The notes: a model not told the origin generated them from the sequence alone. A stretch of DNA of 47,577 nt from an uncultured Alphaproteobacteria bacterium (GCA_964566185.1 CAZMHS010000006.1:1-47577); one strand, 5' to 3'; positions 1 to 9,909 are shown, counted from the first letter of the stretch. Numbers and translations are program-made.

Positions 1-55
1 GAACCTGCGACCACCACGATGTCAACGTGGTGCTCTACCGCTGAGCTATATGCCC
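1..55 (-). tRNA. tRNA-Val(GAC), 3' end cut off by the window edge
   Basis: Reverse complement reads GGGCATATAGCTCAGCGGTAGAGCACCACG-TTGACAT-CGTGGTGGTCGCAGGTTC: D arm, anticodon stem CCACG/CGTGG with GAC, start of the T loop. Confidence 0.93.
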
Positions 56-101
56 AAGTACACCGCAAAACGTATATGGACGCCTTAATCTGTACGCTGC
101 T

Positions 102-130
102 ATGGTACATTTGCGTGAAAAAAAAGTCAA
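102..130 (-). promoter_or_regulatory. sigma70-type promoter for tRNA-Val
   Basis: Minus strand TTGACT-17 nt-TACCAT, about 47 nt upstream of the tRNA 5' end. Confidence 0.7.
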
Positions 131-479
131 TACTTTTTTGATCGTTTTAGCGAGTCGTTACGAAAAACGTTGTAATAAGATAATTGCTTTAATGTTTTAG
201 TGGTTGATAATGAGAGGTAAGGTTAATGACATGAATGTGTGATTTCAATCGCTAACGTTAAACGAAGATAAAGCTTCTTTACTGGTTCGATGCAAAAAAA
301 GTGATTCTGCGGAATGATCTTTTTTTGCTATTGTTAATCTTTTCGCGTTTTTAGATTGCTCATTCGTTTCAAGGTTGACTAGTAATAAATTGTGCTTGAG
401 TAGATAATGTGCTTACAACATTAAGGCGCTGTTCTGATATGAATCGGAAAAACAGCTTCAAAGTTCTGATAATAAATAC

Positions 480-509
480 TTGCGATTAATCTTTCGTGTG
501 TGGTATAAT
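480..509 (+). promoter_or_regulatory. sigma70-type promoter for tRNA-Arg
   Basis: TTGCGA-18 nt-TATAAT with extended -10 (TGG-TATAAT), 9 nt before the tRNA. Confidence 0.7.
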
Positions 510-518
510 GGCCGCGTT

Positions 519-595
519 GTAGGCGTAGCTCAGCAGGATAGAGCGCAAGATTCCTAATCTTGAGGTCGTGGGTTCGACTCCCTCCGCTTACACCA
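519..595 (+). tRNA. tRNA-Arg(CCT)
   Basis: Acceptor GTAGGCG/CGCTTAC, D stem GCTC/GAGC, anticodon arm CAAGA-TTCCTAA-TCTTG, T loop TTCGACT, encoded CCA. Confidence 0.95.
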
Positions 596-596
596 T

Positions 597-1526
597 TTAC
601 ATTAGTTCAAACTCGAAGTCGTCGGCGAATTCTGTCGCCAGTTCTTTTTGATCATCCCTCCACAGGAAATGAACATTTGGCCCGGCGTCGACGGTTACGA
701 TTGGACCATCATGATGTGTGTCCCAAAAATTAGATACGTGTCTTAGCGTACACAAAGTTCCTGAGTTCATGTACCAAAATGGCTTACTGCTTGTGCAGAA
801 TAATGCATGCATATCGAAGAACTCCTGCCATGCGATAATGTATCCTTTTTCCCAGTCCTTAGCTTCCATAGCTAAGACGAATTCGTTAAATCTCCTGGCA
901 GCTCTTGACGCACGTCCTTCATATAACAGACTTCTGAGAACTTCGATGTGTGCTTTGCTCGATGGTACAATTTTTGGTGTCATGGCTACTAGCGCTATTT
1001 GATGGAAAATATTTTGAAATGGGAAATTGACCTCTTCTGCATACTCACTTTCCCACGCAGCCCAAGGAGCAAAAAAAGAACGACACGATGATCCTGAGCC
1101 GAATCTGCTAAGTCGACTCATTTCCTGCTGATTTGGCATGTCAATTTTTAGAATGTCACAAAAAGCATTTAACGCACATGTTGTTAGCGCAGCAAAACTT
1201 GAAGCGGAGCTTGCAATACCTGTGTCGTTCGGAAAATTATTCGCTGATTTTACAATAAAATTTTCTTTGCAAGCAAAAACATTCTTTAGGTAATGTAAAT
1301 GCGAAAGAAACCTTTGTACACCTTCATTGCTAATTTGCAAATCTAGGTACCCGATGTTTTCTAGCGGTGTAAACTTGTCTTCTTTTCCTTCAATTAATTC
1401 TAGTTCAACGCGAGACTTAAATCTATTAATAGTGTAGGACAACGACTTGTTGCCTGGGATATTTAGAGCATATTTTCCCATATACTTTATGATCGCAATA
1501 TTGGAAGGAGATTCAGCAAACCACAT
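597..1526 (-). CDS. mvaD: diphosphomevalonate decarboxylase (GHMP family)
   Basis: N-terminal SNIAIIKYMGK, GHMP loop PNDTGIASSASSFAA, SGSSCRS, DAGPNVH. Confidence 0.92.
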   Translation of the reverse strand: MWFAESPSNIAIIKYMGKYALNIPGNKSLSYTINRFKSRVELELIEGKEDKFTPLENIGYLDLQISNEGVQRFLSHLHYLKNVFACKENFIVKSANNFPNDTGIASSASSFAALTTCALNAFCDILKIDMPNQQEMSRLSRFGSGSSCRSFFAPWAAWESEYAEEVNFPFQNIFHQIALVAMTPKIVPSSKAHIEVLRSLLYEGRASRAARRFNEFVLAMEAKDWEKGYIIAWQEFFDMHALFCTSSKPFWYMNSGTLCTLRHVSNFWDTHHDGPIVTVDAGPNVHFLWRDDQKELATEFADDFEFELM

Positions 1527-1686
1527 AAGCTACTCACATAACATTACTATTCAACAGAGTAGCGAAATAAGACACATTTTTCAACGAAAACTTCATTGCT
1601 TACACAAACAATCTGCTATTAATAGTTGTTGCTTGTACAAGATAGCGCAAATAGTCTGTCGTCTTATGAGTAGTTTCAGCTATATG

Positions 1687-2583
1687 TCACAGCCACGTAT
1701 CATATGCCAGTTTGTTGCGTCCAATCGTTGAGTGTTGAACATTTGCTGGCATAAGGACAATGTTGTAATCTATTTCTTGCGGTAAATATCTGGTAATTAA
1801 TTCTTCTAGTTTTTTACGCCATAGCATGCCTGGCTTTAGCAACTCTAAGGATGAATCAGGAAGCGGTCCAAGGGTAATTTTGATGGCGCTTCCGTAATCA
1901 AAATAACTTGACCCTAATGTTGTATTTTCGCCCAAACATGAATTTATTTTTCCTAGAATAGTTATATCTGATATTTCCGTTTTCGCGCCATAAAACTGCT
2001 CGATATTTACGTCAATATTAAAAAAATTAGAAATAATTGTACGTAATCCAAGCGCCGAACGAGGTATATTCCACATCGAGTAACAAAAAGCAAACAGCGA
2101 GTCGTTGTTGCTATTTCCAAGCAGAGCATTGATACATCTTCCAACGCTTGTTTGCCCGCAATGCGCAACTTTCTGTAATGCAGGTGTTTTTCGAACACTA
2201 ATCCTGTATGATATTACAGATAAGCGGTTAATAAATATATTCATAAATTCTGATAAAGCAGGTTCCTTAGCCCACTTAGAGATAGCTAATCTTTCTGAAT
2301 ACACGCTTGGTAACGGACCGGTAAATGATGTAAATGACATTCGTTCTGCATATATTATCGCTCGATCTTTATTTATTTTTACGCCATTTACGTCGTATGC
2401 TGATATGCATAATTTATGCTGTCCTTGTGTTGCGATTTTGGTCGAGAAATATGCGCCTTTATTGACGTCATAATTATATTTTTTTTCTAAAATAAATACG
2501 CATTGTTCGTATGTGAATTTTTGGGGGCATTTTTGAAGTAATTCGATTACAGATAATTGTGTAGACCTATTTGCATTTCCCAC
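1687..2583 (-). CDS. tssG: type VI secretion baseplate subunit TssG
   Basis: GPLPSVYSE, FMNIFINRL, RSALGLRTIISNFF, IEQFYG, ITLGPL motifs; overlaps the 3' end of tssF as is typical. Confidence 0.88.
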   Translation of the reverse strand: MGNANRSTQLSVIELLQKCPQKFTYEQCVFILEKKYNYDVNKGAYFSTKIATQGQHKLCISAYDVNGVKINKDRAIIYAERMSFTSFTGPLPSVYSERLAISKWAKEPALSEFMNIFINRLSVISYRISVRKTPALQKVAHCGQTSVGRCINALLGNSNNDSLFAFCYSMWNIPRSALGLRTIISNFFNIDVNIEQFYGAKTEISDITILGKINSCLGENTTLGSSYFDYGSAIKITLGPLPDSSLELLKPGMLWRKKLEELITRYLPQEIDYNIVLMPANVQHSTIGRNKLAYDTWL

Positions 2584-4304
2584 GTTTTTTCTCCGAAATC
2601 AGTTTTTACTTTTAACTCTGTAAATGTGTTTATTGATGTATAAACAGAAAATATGCGAGATAGAACATACGACAATGCAATGACGGAATGTGGCGCGTTG
2701 CTTTCGAAATTAATTGTGATTGATGAGCCACGCATGAATCCCTTCCATGCTTGTCCATGATTAAATTTCGCAATCTGTTTGACATCAATCGAACTGATTG
2801 AATCGATTTCATCTATAGCTGATTTCGCATAACATGATGAAAACAAGCGCAAGAGTTCTTTTGTTTTTTTCTCGTAATCGTCTAAAAATGATGATGAAAG
2901 CAGTGACATGAGAGCCCATACAGATTCTCCATCAGAAATTGCATCGCGTTGTTTCGTCGGTTTTTGTAGACAATAAATCTGTTTTACTGGAATCGTCGCT
3001 TCAATATTAAACTGCGTAAACGCAGGCATTAGCTCTGCAAGATGTCGATTTGTACATACAGTATGTGCGTAAAATATTTTATCAACAGGCGATTCTGGCG
3101 TTAGATTTTGATCGACAAAATATATATCAACATCATCGCCACGTAAACACGATTTTTTTCGCTTTGTATACCACATAATACCGTCATTCTTAAACGCTGT
3201 ATTATGTGATGATGAAAAAAACGGAAAAACCTCTTGTTCTCTGTTTGTATTCGTATCAACCTGCATCACTTTCTTCACAGACATAATCTCTGTAGAGTTA
3301 TTTCTATATGCATCTGCAAGTAATCTGTAACATACATCTTTGTACGTTAGTCGTAATGGATCTGATATTTTGTTGAATAAATTTATTGCAGGCACAGCAT
3401 TCATCAGCAAAACATTCGACGTCGCTGGCAGTTTGCAATGATATGCCATTGGTATAAAAACCTCAAATGTCTCAGATATGTTGATCGAATCAGGTAAATG
3501 AATTGAAAAACCGAAGAATTTATCAGGAAAAGCGAAATATTCTTGCAGCAGTCTAAATCCAGCGAAATTTGCACTATTGCACGGTAATGTTACTTCGTCG
3601 TGCGTAATTCCTACGCCAGAAATTTTATCGCCGTTAGTGCTGTTGCGTCCTTGCCTTACGATTATGTTATTTTGGCTAAGAAATAGCGCAGCAAATAACT
3701 CTGATTTAAATTTGTGATTGCCGTTTATGTAGAGTCTGATGTTTTTTGGGCGCTTTTTATTATCTGGACTATGTCCATTAAATTGCAGTCTTAGATAAAA
3801 TGATGACGTAAGTTCTATATTTTTTACATCGATATCGTCACGAACGATTACGGAGACATTTTGCAGCTCTATAGGCCAAAAAACAACATCATGACACGTT
3901 CTAAACGTGCATGTTACATCAGTATTATCTGCAGTTGCGTAAACTTCTGTGTGACGTTTTATTATTGCGCCTGGAGCTTGCTTAGTTAAAGCCATATCAG
4001 CGTCGAAGTGCAACATTGTCATAGAAGGAATCGGTGCAGCAAGCTGTTCGTAAATTATGCTTAGAAGATGGTTTGCGATGTCTGAAAATTGATCGTCTAT
4101 TTGCTTTTGTAATTTTCCTGCCATGAACGCAAAACTTTCTAGCATACGTTCTACTTGCGGATCTGAGGATTCGGCTTCGGAAATATCTAGTTTTTCTGCG
4201 ATGTTCGGATATTTACGAGCGAACTCCATTCCGGAATTTCTCAAATATGACAATTCTGCTTGATAATATTTCGCTAGTTTTTCAGAATCAGAAACAGTAC
4301 TCAT
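2547..4304 (-). CDS. tssF: type VI secretion baseplate subunit TssF
   Basis: YYQAELSYLR..EFARKYP, DPQVERMLESFAF, LLQEYFAFPDKF, PAINLF, CTNRHL, YTSINTF; 585 aa. Confidence 0.94.
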   Translation of the reverse strand: MSTVSDSEKLAKYYQAELSYLRNSGMEFARKYPNIAEKLDISEAESSDPQVERMLESFAFMAGKLQKQIDDQFSDIANHLLSIIYEQLAAPIPSMTMLHFDADMALTKQAPGAIIKRHTEVYATADNTDVTCTFRTCHDVVFWPIELQNVSVIVRDDIDVKNIELTSSFYLRLQFNGHSPDNKKRPKNIRLYINGNHKFKSELFAALFLSQNNIIVRQGRNSTNGDKISGVGITHDEVTLPCNSANFAGFRLLQEYFAFPDKFFGFSIHLPDSINISETFEVFIPMAYHCKLPATSNVLLMNAVPAINLFNKISDPLRLTYKDVCYRLLADAYRNNSTEIMSVKKVMQVDTNTNREQEVFPFFSSSHNTAFKNDGIMWYTKRKKSCLRGDDVDIYFVDQNLTPESPVDKIFYAHTVCTNRHLAELMPAFTQFNIEATIPVKQIYCLQKPTKQRDAISDGESVWALMSLLSSSFLDDYEKKTKELLRLFSSCYAKSAIDEIDSISSIDVKQIAKFNHGQAWKGFMRGSSITINFESNAPHSVIALSYVLSRIFSVYTSINTFTELKVKTDFGEKTWEMQIGLHNYL

Positions 4305-4462
4305 AATGCGCAGTATGCGATATAATTAGTTAAGAAATCGTTACTAATTAATGCTTTTCCATGTGGCCTTTTTGCAACAAACGAAGCTCTTATCGGAACG
4401 GAACTTGAACTTGTTGCACGAGTAATATAACATGAGAGCGTTAAGTTATTTGGAGTTTTTTT

Positions 4463-5194
4463 ATGAAAAATTTATTACTTGGCGCCGCAGCTTTGGCTGT
4501 CGTCGCTGGCGTAAAGGCTGATTGCGAAGACACATCATTCTCCGGCGCGTTTTTAGGCGCTGGTATGGTCGTTTCATTCGATAAGGATGATCTGAATGTG
4601 AAGTTTGATGATGGGCGTGATGGCACTATCAATGTTGTTCTGTCTAAGAAGAAAAATAAGACAGCTTTCGGCGGCGAAATCGTTTTAGGATACGGCTACC
4701 AGTTTGCTAATAATTTGTATGTTGCTGTAACTCATGCGTCTGCGTTCGAGTCTAAAGGAAAGACTATATACAGTTCAATGAGAGGAGAAGATGATGGACG
4801 TGCTGTTTTTGAAAACTCTCGCAAGGTTTATAGCCCATCCTTCGGCGCTGCTCTGGGGTATGTTGTTGATGATACCTGGAATCTAGGCGTACGCGGTGGC
4901 GTTAGTATTAATAAAACAAAAATGGAAATCGTCGGAAGTGGTGAAGGCGTATTGCCTGCCGCTGGTAAGTTAAATAAAACCATAACCGCGACATCTCCAT
5001 ACGTCGGTGCGTACGCTGAGTATAAATATGGCGCTGCTGTTGTTTATACAAATGTCGACTATGTTTTTGGAAAGAAAAAGAAAACATATGTTGATCATGA
5101 TAAGGGAACGGCCTATATCAATCACAAGCGTTCGGCTTGGAAGGTCGCTGTTGGTGTAAAAGGAAACATTAACAAGTTAATCGCGAAAATATAA
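4463..5194 (+). CDS. outer membrane beta-barrel protein (small 8-stranded type)
   Basis: Sec signal peptide; FSGAFLGAG first strand, LGYGYQF, alternating amphipathic strands, WKVAVGVK last strand; GGAG SD. Confidence 0.8.
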   Translation: MKNLLLGAAALAVVAGVKADCEDTSFSGAFLGAGMVVSFDKDDLNVKFDDGRDGTINVVLSKKKNKTAFGGEIVLGYGYQFANNLYVAVTHASAFESKGKTIYSSMRGEDDGRAVFENSRKVYSPSFGAALGYVVDDTWNLGVRGGVSINKTKMEIVGSGEGVLPAAGKLNKTITATSPYVGAYAEYKYGAAVVYTNVDYVFGKKKKTYVDHDKGTAYINHKRSAWKVAVGVKGNINKLIAKI

Positions 5195-5210
5195 TAGTTT
5201 CGTGATTTCT

Positions 5211-5242
5211 GGGCAGGGTTGATGTACTCTGCCTATTTTTTT
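5211..5242 (+). terminator. intrinsic terminator after the OMP gene
   Basis: GGGCAGGGT-TGATGT-ACTCTGCCT stem-loop followed by ATTTTTTT. Confidence 0.7.
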
Positions 5243-5270
5243 CTCTTCTTTTTCTGCGAGACTTTCTGCT

Positions 5271-7562
5271 GTGGAAAAATATCCTCTTCTTCCGATTAAC
5301 GGTTCTCTTTTGTTCACAGGCGTGATCGTCCCTGTCGCTGTTGTTGCTGAAGATGCAAGACTTGCTTTGAGTAGTGCTAGTGACTTTTTATGCGTTGCAA
5401 GTCAAGAAAATAACGATATAGCATTTTTTTGTAAAATTCTAAAAAAATTGCAAAAACGAGATGGTTCGTACAAGATTTTACTTGACGTTATCGAACGCAG
5501 AAAAATCGATGCAGTAGAAGAAACGCAGGACGGCTACACTATCGTTGCTGTGTCTAAAATAGAACACTGCAACGCCGACGAACTTAAAATTCATGCTTTG
5601 CGTCAATTGCTTGTCGGAGCTGTAAATAAGTTAGTTTTGTTAAAAACTGTTCCGAATGATGTTGCTGAAAATATTTCACAGGAAGAAAAAACGCCTGAAA
5701 ATATTTCTGATATCATCGCGATGAACGCTGGCTTACAAGTTCAGGATTTAGAAGAGTATTCGAAGATAACATCTCTTGTCGATAGGATGGAGTATCTACT
5801 CTCTGTTTTGGACAAGAGTCTAGCTATAAAAAATGAAGAAATTTCTCTTGGTTCGAAGTTAAACGCTAGGCTAGGAAAAGCTGGACGAGAGGCATTTTTG
5901 CGTGAACAGATGAAACTGATTCAGCAAGAGCTTGGCGGCGAAGATGATGGGGCGTTTGAGGAGATTAATGAGTACTCGAAGAAGTTAGAAAATCTAGAAA
6001 TTCAAAAAGAGCAAAAAGAAAAAATAGAATCTGAATTGAAGAAATTCCGCATGATGACACCGTTTTCGTCGGAAGCTAGCGTTACAAGAGGATGGCTTGA
6101 GTGCGTACTGTCATTACCTTGGGGGAAACAAAGCAAAATAGAAAGTGATTTGGTCAAGGCTAAGGAAATACTGGACGCTGATCATGCCGGCCTTGCTAAG
6201 GTAAAGGATCATATACTAGAGTTTTTGGCAGTTCAAGCAAGACATGCAAAAGCTAAAGGACAGATTATGTGCCTTGTTGGACCACCTGGAATTGGAAAGA
6301 CATCGCTTGCTCAATCTATGGCTAAAGCAACAGGACGGAATTTTGCGAGAATATCTCTCGGTGGAATAAAAGATGAGGCCGAGATTCGAGGCCATCGTAG
6401 GACGTATGTGAGCGCATTCTGCGGGCGAATAATTTCTGCTATAAAAAAATCCGGGACATCAAATCCATTGATTCTGCTTGATGAAATAGATAAAATCGCT
6501 GTCGATTTCAGAGGAGATCCTGAATCAGCGTTACTTGAGGTTCTTGATCCTGAGCAGAATTCTACGTTCGTTGATCATTATCTAGAGATGGAATACGACC
6601 TGTCAAACGTTATGTTCGTAGCGACGGCGAATACTCTAAATATGAGTAAGCCTCTTTTGGATAGAATGGAAGTAATTCGTTTGTCTGGTTATACCGAACA
6701 AGAAAAGCTTGAAATTGCAAAAACGCATTTAGTTGAAAAGCAAATTCATGAAAATGGATTAAAAACTAAAGAAATAAAATTTTCTGATAGCGCTATAACG
6801 AAAATTGTTCAAAATTATACACGTGAATCCGGAGTGAGAAACCTTGAAAGAGAAATTTCTAAGGTTTGTAGAAAGGTTTTACGAGGCATAGAAGAAAATA
6901 AGTACAAGTCTGTAACCGTTTCTAATAAAAATTTAGAAGAGTATCTTGGGCCTCCTAAATTTTTACATGACGAACGTGAGAAGAAGAATCTCGTCGGCGT
7001 AACAACTGGTTTGGCTTGGACTGAAGTTGGTGGGGAGATTTTATCGATAGAATCAGTAATGTATCCTGGAAAAGGGAAGATTACGCTGACTGGAAAACTT
7101 GGTGACGTTATGCAAGAATCAATTCAGGCGGCGATGAGTCTTGTGAAATTTAAAAGCAGAGAATATGGATTGAATAGTGAGATATTCGAAAAAAACGATT
7201 TTCATATTCATGTTCCTGAAGGTGCAACGCCAAAAGATGGACCTTCCGCCGGTATCGCTATGGTTACGTCGATTATGTCTTCTGCATCTGGGTGCGCTGT
7301 GAAAAGTAGTGTTGCAATGACTGGAGAAATTACTTTACGCGGTAGAATATTGGCAATTGGCGGGTTGAAAGAAAAAATACTTGCTGCTCATAGAAGTGGA
7401 ATAAAAACCGTTATTATTCCGAAAGATAATCAGAAAGATCTGCGCGATATTCCGGAAGATGTTTTAAATGCGTTAGATGTTCATGCTTTAGAGCAGATTG
7501 ATGATGTTCTTAAAATAGCTCTTTGTTCAAAAAAGAGCAAATCGTGCGTATCTCAAAAATAA
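5271..7562 (+). CDS. lon: ATP-dependent Lon protease
   Basis: Walker A GPPGIGKT, Walker B ILLDEIDK, RGHRRTY, catalytic PKDGPSAG and GGLKEK; divergent N domain; GTG start. Confidence 0.97.
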   Translation: MEKYPLLPINGSLLFTGVIVPVAVVAEDARLALSSASDFLCVASQENNDIAFFCKILKKLQKRDGSYKILLDVIERRKIDAVEETQDGYTIVAVSKIEHCNADELKIHALRQLLVGAVNKLVLLKTVPNDVAENISQEEKTPENISDIIAMNAGLQVQDLEEYSKITSLVDRMEYLLSVLDKSLAIKNEEISLGSKLNARLGKAGREAFLREQMKLIQQELGGEDDGAFEEINEYSKKLENLEIQKEQKEKIESELKKFRMMTPFSSEASVTRGWLECVLSLPWGKQSKIESDLVKAKEILDADHAGLAKVKDHILEFLAVQARHAKAKGQIMCLVGPPGIGKTSLAQSMAKATGRNFARISLGGIKDEAEIRGHRRTYVSAFCGRIISAIKKSGTSNPLILLDEIDKIAVDFRGDPESALLEVLDPEQNSTFVDHYLEMEYDLSNVMFVATANTLNMSKPLLDRMEVIRLSGYTEQEKLEIAKTHLVEKQIHENGLKTKEIKFSDSAITKIVQNYTRESGVRNLEREISKVCRKVLRGIEENKYKSVTVSNKNLEEYLGPPKFLHDEREKKNLVGVTTGLAWTEVGGEILSIESVMYPGKGKITLTGKLGDVMQESIQAAMSLVKFKSREYGLNSEIFEKNDFHIHVPEGATPKDGPSAGIAMVTSIMSSASGCAVKSSVAMTGEITLRGRILAIGGLKEKILAAHRSGIKTVIIPKDNQKDLRDIPEDVLNALDVHALEQIDDVLKIALCSKKSKSCVSQK

Positions 7563-7625
7563 ATGTTTTTCTTATTAAAGGTGTTTTATTTGTAACTGTT
7601 TTGTTCTATCATTAGCTATGTTTTT

Positions 7626-7955
7626 ATGAGCACAGTGATGAGTAACCAATTTAGTAATATGATGAAACAAATGCAACAAGTGCAAGCTAAGCTGGCTGAA
7701 GCGCAATCGAAAATTTCTCAAATTGAAGTAACTGGGATATCCGGCGGAGGAGTCGTCTCGATTACATTGAATGGAAGCGGACATGTAACGAGTATTAAAA
7801 TAGATAAGAGTATTGTATCGCAAGATGACGTTAGTGTTTTGGAGGATTTAATAGTCGCTGCCGATGCGAACGCGCGTGTTCAACTAGAGCAAAAAGTAAA
7901 AGAATCAAATCCTCTTACAGATCTGCTTCCTCCAGGTATGAAATTACCGTTTTAA
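7626..7955 (+). CDS. ybaB: YbaB/EbfC nucleoid-associated protein
   Basis: MMKQMQQVQ, SGGGVV, LEDLIVAA, PPGMKLPF; directly upstream of recR. Confidence 0.93.
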   Translation: MSTVMSNQFSNMMKQMQQVQAKLAEAQSKISQIEVTGISGGGVVSITLNGSGHVTSIKIDKSIVSQDDVSVLEDLIVAADANARVQLEQKVKESNPLTDLLPPGMKLPF

Positions 7956-7964
7956 GATATATCA

Positions 7965-8576
7965 ATGGCCAGGCACATCAACAGTGATATAGATGTTTTA
8001 GTGAATAAAATATCTAGGCTTCCTGGTCTTGGTCCAAGATCTGCTCGCCGTATTGTATTACATTTACTAAGAAGTAGAGAGAAAACGTTTTCAGCGTTGA
8101 TCAGTGCTTTACAATATGTTTACGATAATGTAAAGCGATGTCCTATATGCGGAAACATGGATGTTTTCGATGAATGTTGTAGCATATGTAATGATACATC
8201 GAGAAACAACGAAACCATATGCATAGTGGAAAGCATTTCTGACATATGGGTTATAGAACGCAGTGGATGTTATAACGGAAAATATCACGTGCTTAACGGG
8301 TTGCTTTCGTCGATTGATGGTTATGGCCCAGAATTGTTGATGCTGGATAAATTAGCTCAACGCTGTCAGCAACACAATGTAAATGAGATTATTATAGCGC
8401 TTAGTACGACCTTAGATGGACAAACGACAGATCAGTATATTCGTACTTACTTACAGAGTATTGACGGCTGTAAAGATATAAAAGTTGCATCGTTGGCTGT
8501 TGGGATGCCAGTTGGTGGTGAGCTAGATATTTTGGATGACGGAACATTATTCACTGCATTTAATTTTAGAAAATAG
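7965..8576 (+). CDS. recR: recombination mediator RecR
   Basis: HhH LPGLGPRSARR, C4 zinc finger CPICGN..CSIC, YHVLNG, MPVGGELDILD. Confidence 0.96.
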   Translation: MARHINSDIDVLVNKISRLPGLGPRSARRIVLHLLRSREKTFSALISALQYVYDNVKRCPICGNMDVFDECCSICNDTSRNNETICIVESISDIWVIERSGCYNGKYHVLNGLLSSIDGYGPELLMLDKLAQRCQQHNVNEIIIALSTTLDGQTTDQYIRTYLQSIDGCKDIKVASLAVGMPVGGELDILDDGTLFTAFNFRK

Positions 8577-9909
8577 ATCTTCTAACTAAACTTGTTACGT
8601 ATTCGCTATTAACAAATAATGAAGCTATTATTGTTATAGCCGCCAGCGTGAGAATCGCTGAAGATCTATGATCTATACTAAATGCGACATTGGAATTCGA
8701 CCATATATTTTTTAGTATATTTATTGTGTATATTCCTGAAAAAATCATTGAAATAATGCACGTGATAACTAATGTATAATTTTGCGATTCCGCAAGCGCT
8801 ATTAGTATATTGTATTTTCCCCAAAAACCAAAAAATGGAGGAATACCACTTAAAGATAATAATAAACACGAGATTGCTATAGCAAGATTTTGGTTTTGAG
8901 TAAATAGCCCGCGCAGGTGGCATACTTTCGTTAATTCATTAACTGAATTATGTTTTACGCATGTGAGCATCGAAAATAGACCAAGAAATGATAGTATTTC
9001 GGATGTTAAAAAGATAATAACGCCTTTTAATGCGGTTTCAGATAAACAGCTAATGCATGATATAATGAGAGCTAAATGTTCTATTGAAATATAAACGAAA
9101 AATTGTTTAACATCCTTTTCTCGAACTGCACATATACTGGCACATAATATACTAGTGGCAGTAATAACAGTAACCGTTGTTCTGATATCTACGCTTGAAA
9201 AGGCCAGAGGAAATAGTTTTATTGCTATTAGTGCTACTGTTATTTTAGAAATTATGGCGATGAAAGCCATCCATATTTCATATCGTTTTAGTGAAAATAC
9301 GTGTAGAAACCAACCATGAAACGGAATGAATGCAAGTTTTGTACACATACCAAATAGCAGAATTAGTATTCCAAGTTTAGAAATAACTGATGGAAATATG
9401 TGTAACATCATATTTATATCAAATAAGTTCATTGTTCCAGTCGCAAAATAAATTAGACTGATACCAAAAGCTACTAATGCACTCGACAACATACCAAATA
9501 TTATATATTTTGGAAGTTTTTTACTTTGATTCATATATATAAGTATGTAGGTTGGAGATATACTTAACTCTAAAGCTAAAAATAGTTGAAATATATCATA
9601 AACAGAAAGAACAAGAGTCGATCCTATTAATGACAGCTGCGCTAAAATGTTCTCATAAAAACTTGCATATCTATGCGTATACGTTAAAAAAACATATGAA
9701 GCTAAAATTATATACTTAAATAAATATAAAATAGAGAATTTAAAATCGATAGTGTTATATTTTATAAGCATATCGATACCAATACTTATAATAATTGCGT
9801 AATCGAACCTGTAACTATTGAATCTAAAAAATCTTAGAATCAAAGCAAATACAATGTTGATTATCAACAGTATTTCACATGAATAATTTATCATTTGAAT
9901 ATTATCCAA
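8566..9909 (-). CDS. nuoN: complex I subunit N (antiporter-like)
   Basis: LALEL, TKLAFIPFHGW, ISK, GIPPFFGFWGK; last gene of the nuo run. Confidence 0.88.
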   Translation of the reverse strand: MDNIQMINYSCEILLIINIVFALILRFFRFNSYRFDYAIIISIGIDMLIKYNTIDFKFSILYLFKYIILASYVFLTYTHRYASFYENILAQLSLIGSTLVLSVYDIFQLFLALELSISPTYILIYMNQSKKLPKYIIFGMLSSALVAFGISLIYFATGTMNLFDINMMLHIFPSVISKLGILILLFGMCTKLAFIPFHGWFLHVFSLKRYEIWMAFIAIISKITVALIAIKLFPLAFSSVDIRTTVTVITATSILCASICAVREKDVKQFFVYISIEHLALIISCISCLSETALKGVIIFLTSEILSFLGLFSMLTCVKHNSVNELTKVCHLRGLFTQNQNLAIAISCLLLSLSGIPPFFGFWGKYNILIALAESQNYTLVITCIISMIFSGIYTINILKNIWSNSNVAFSIDHRSSAILTLAAITIIASLFVNSEYVTSLVRRSIF

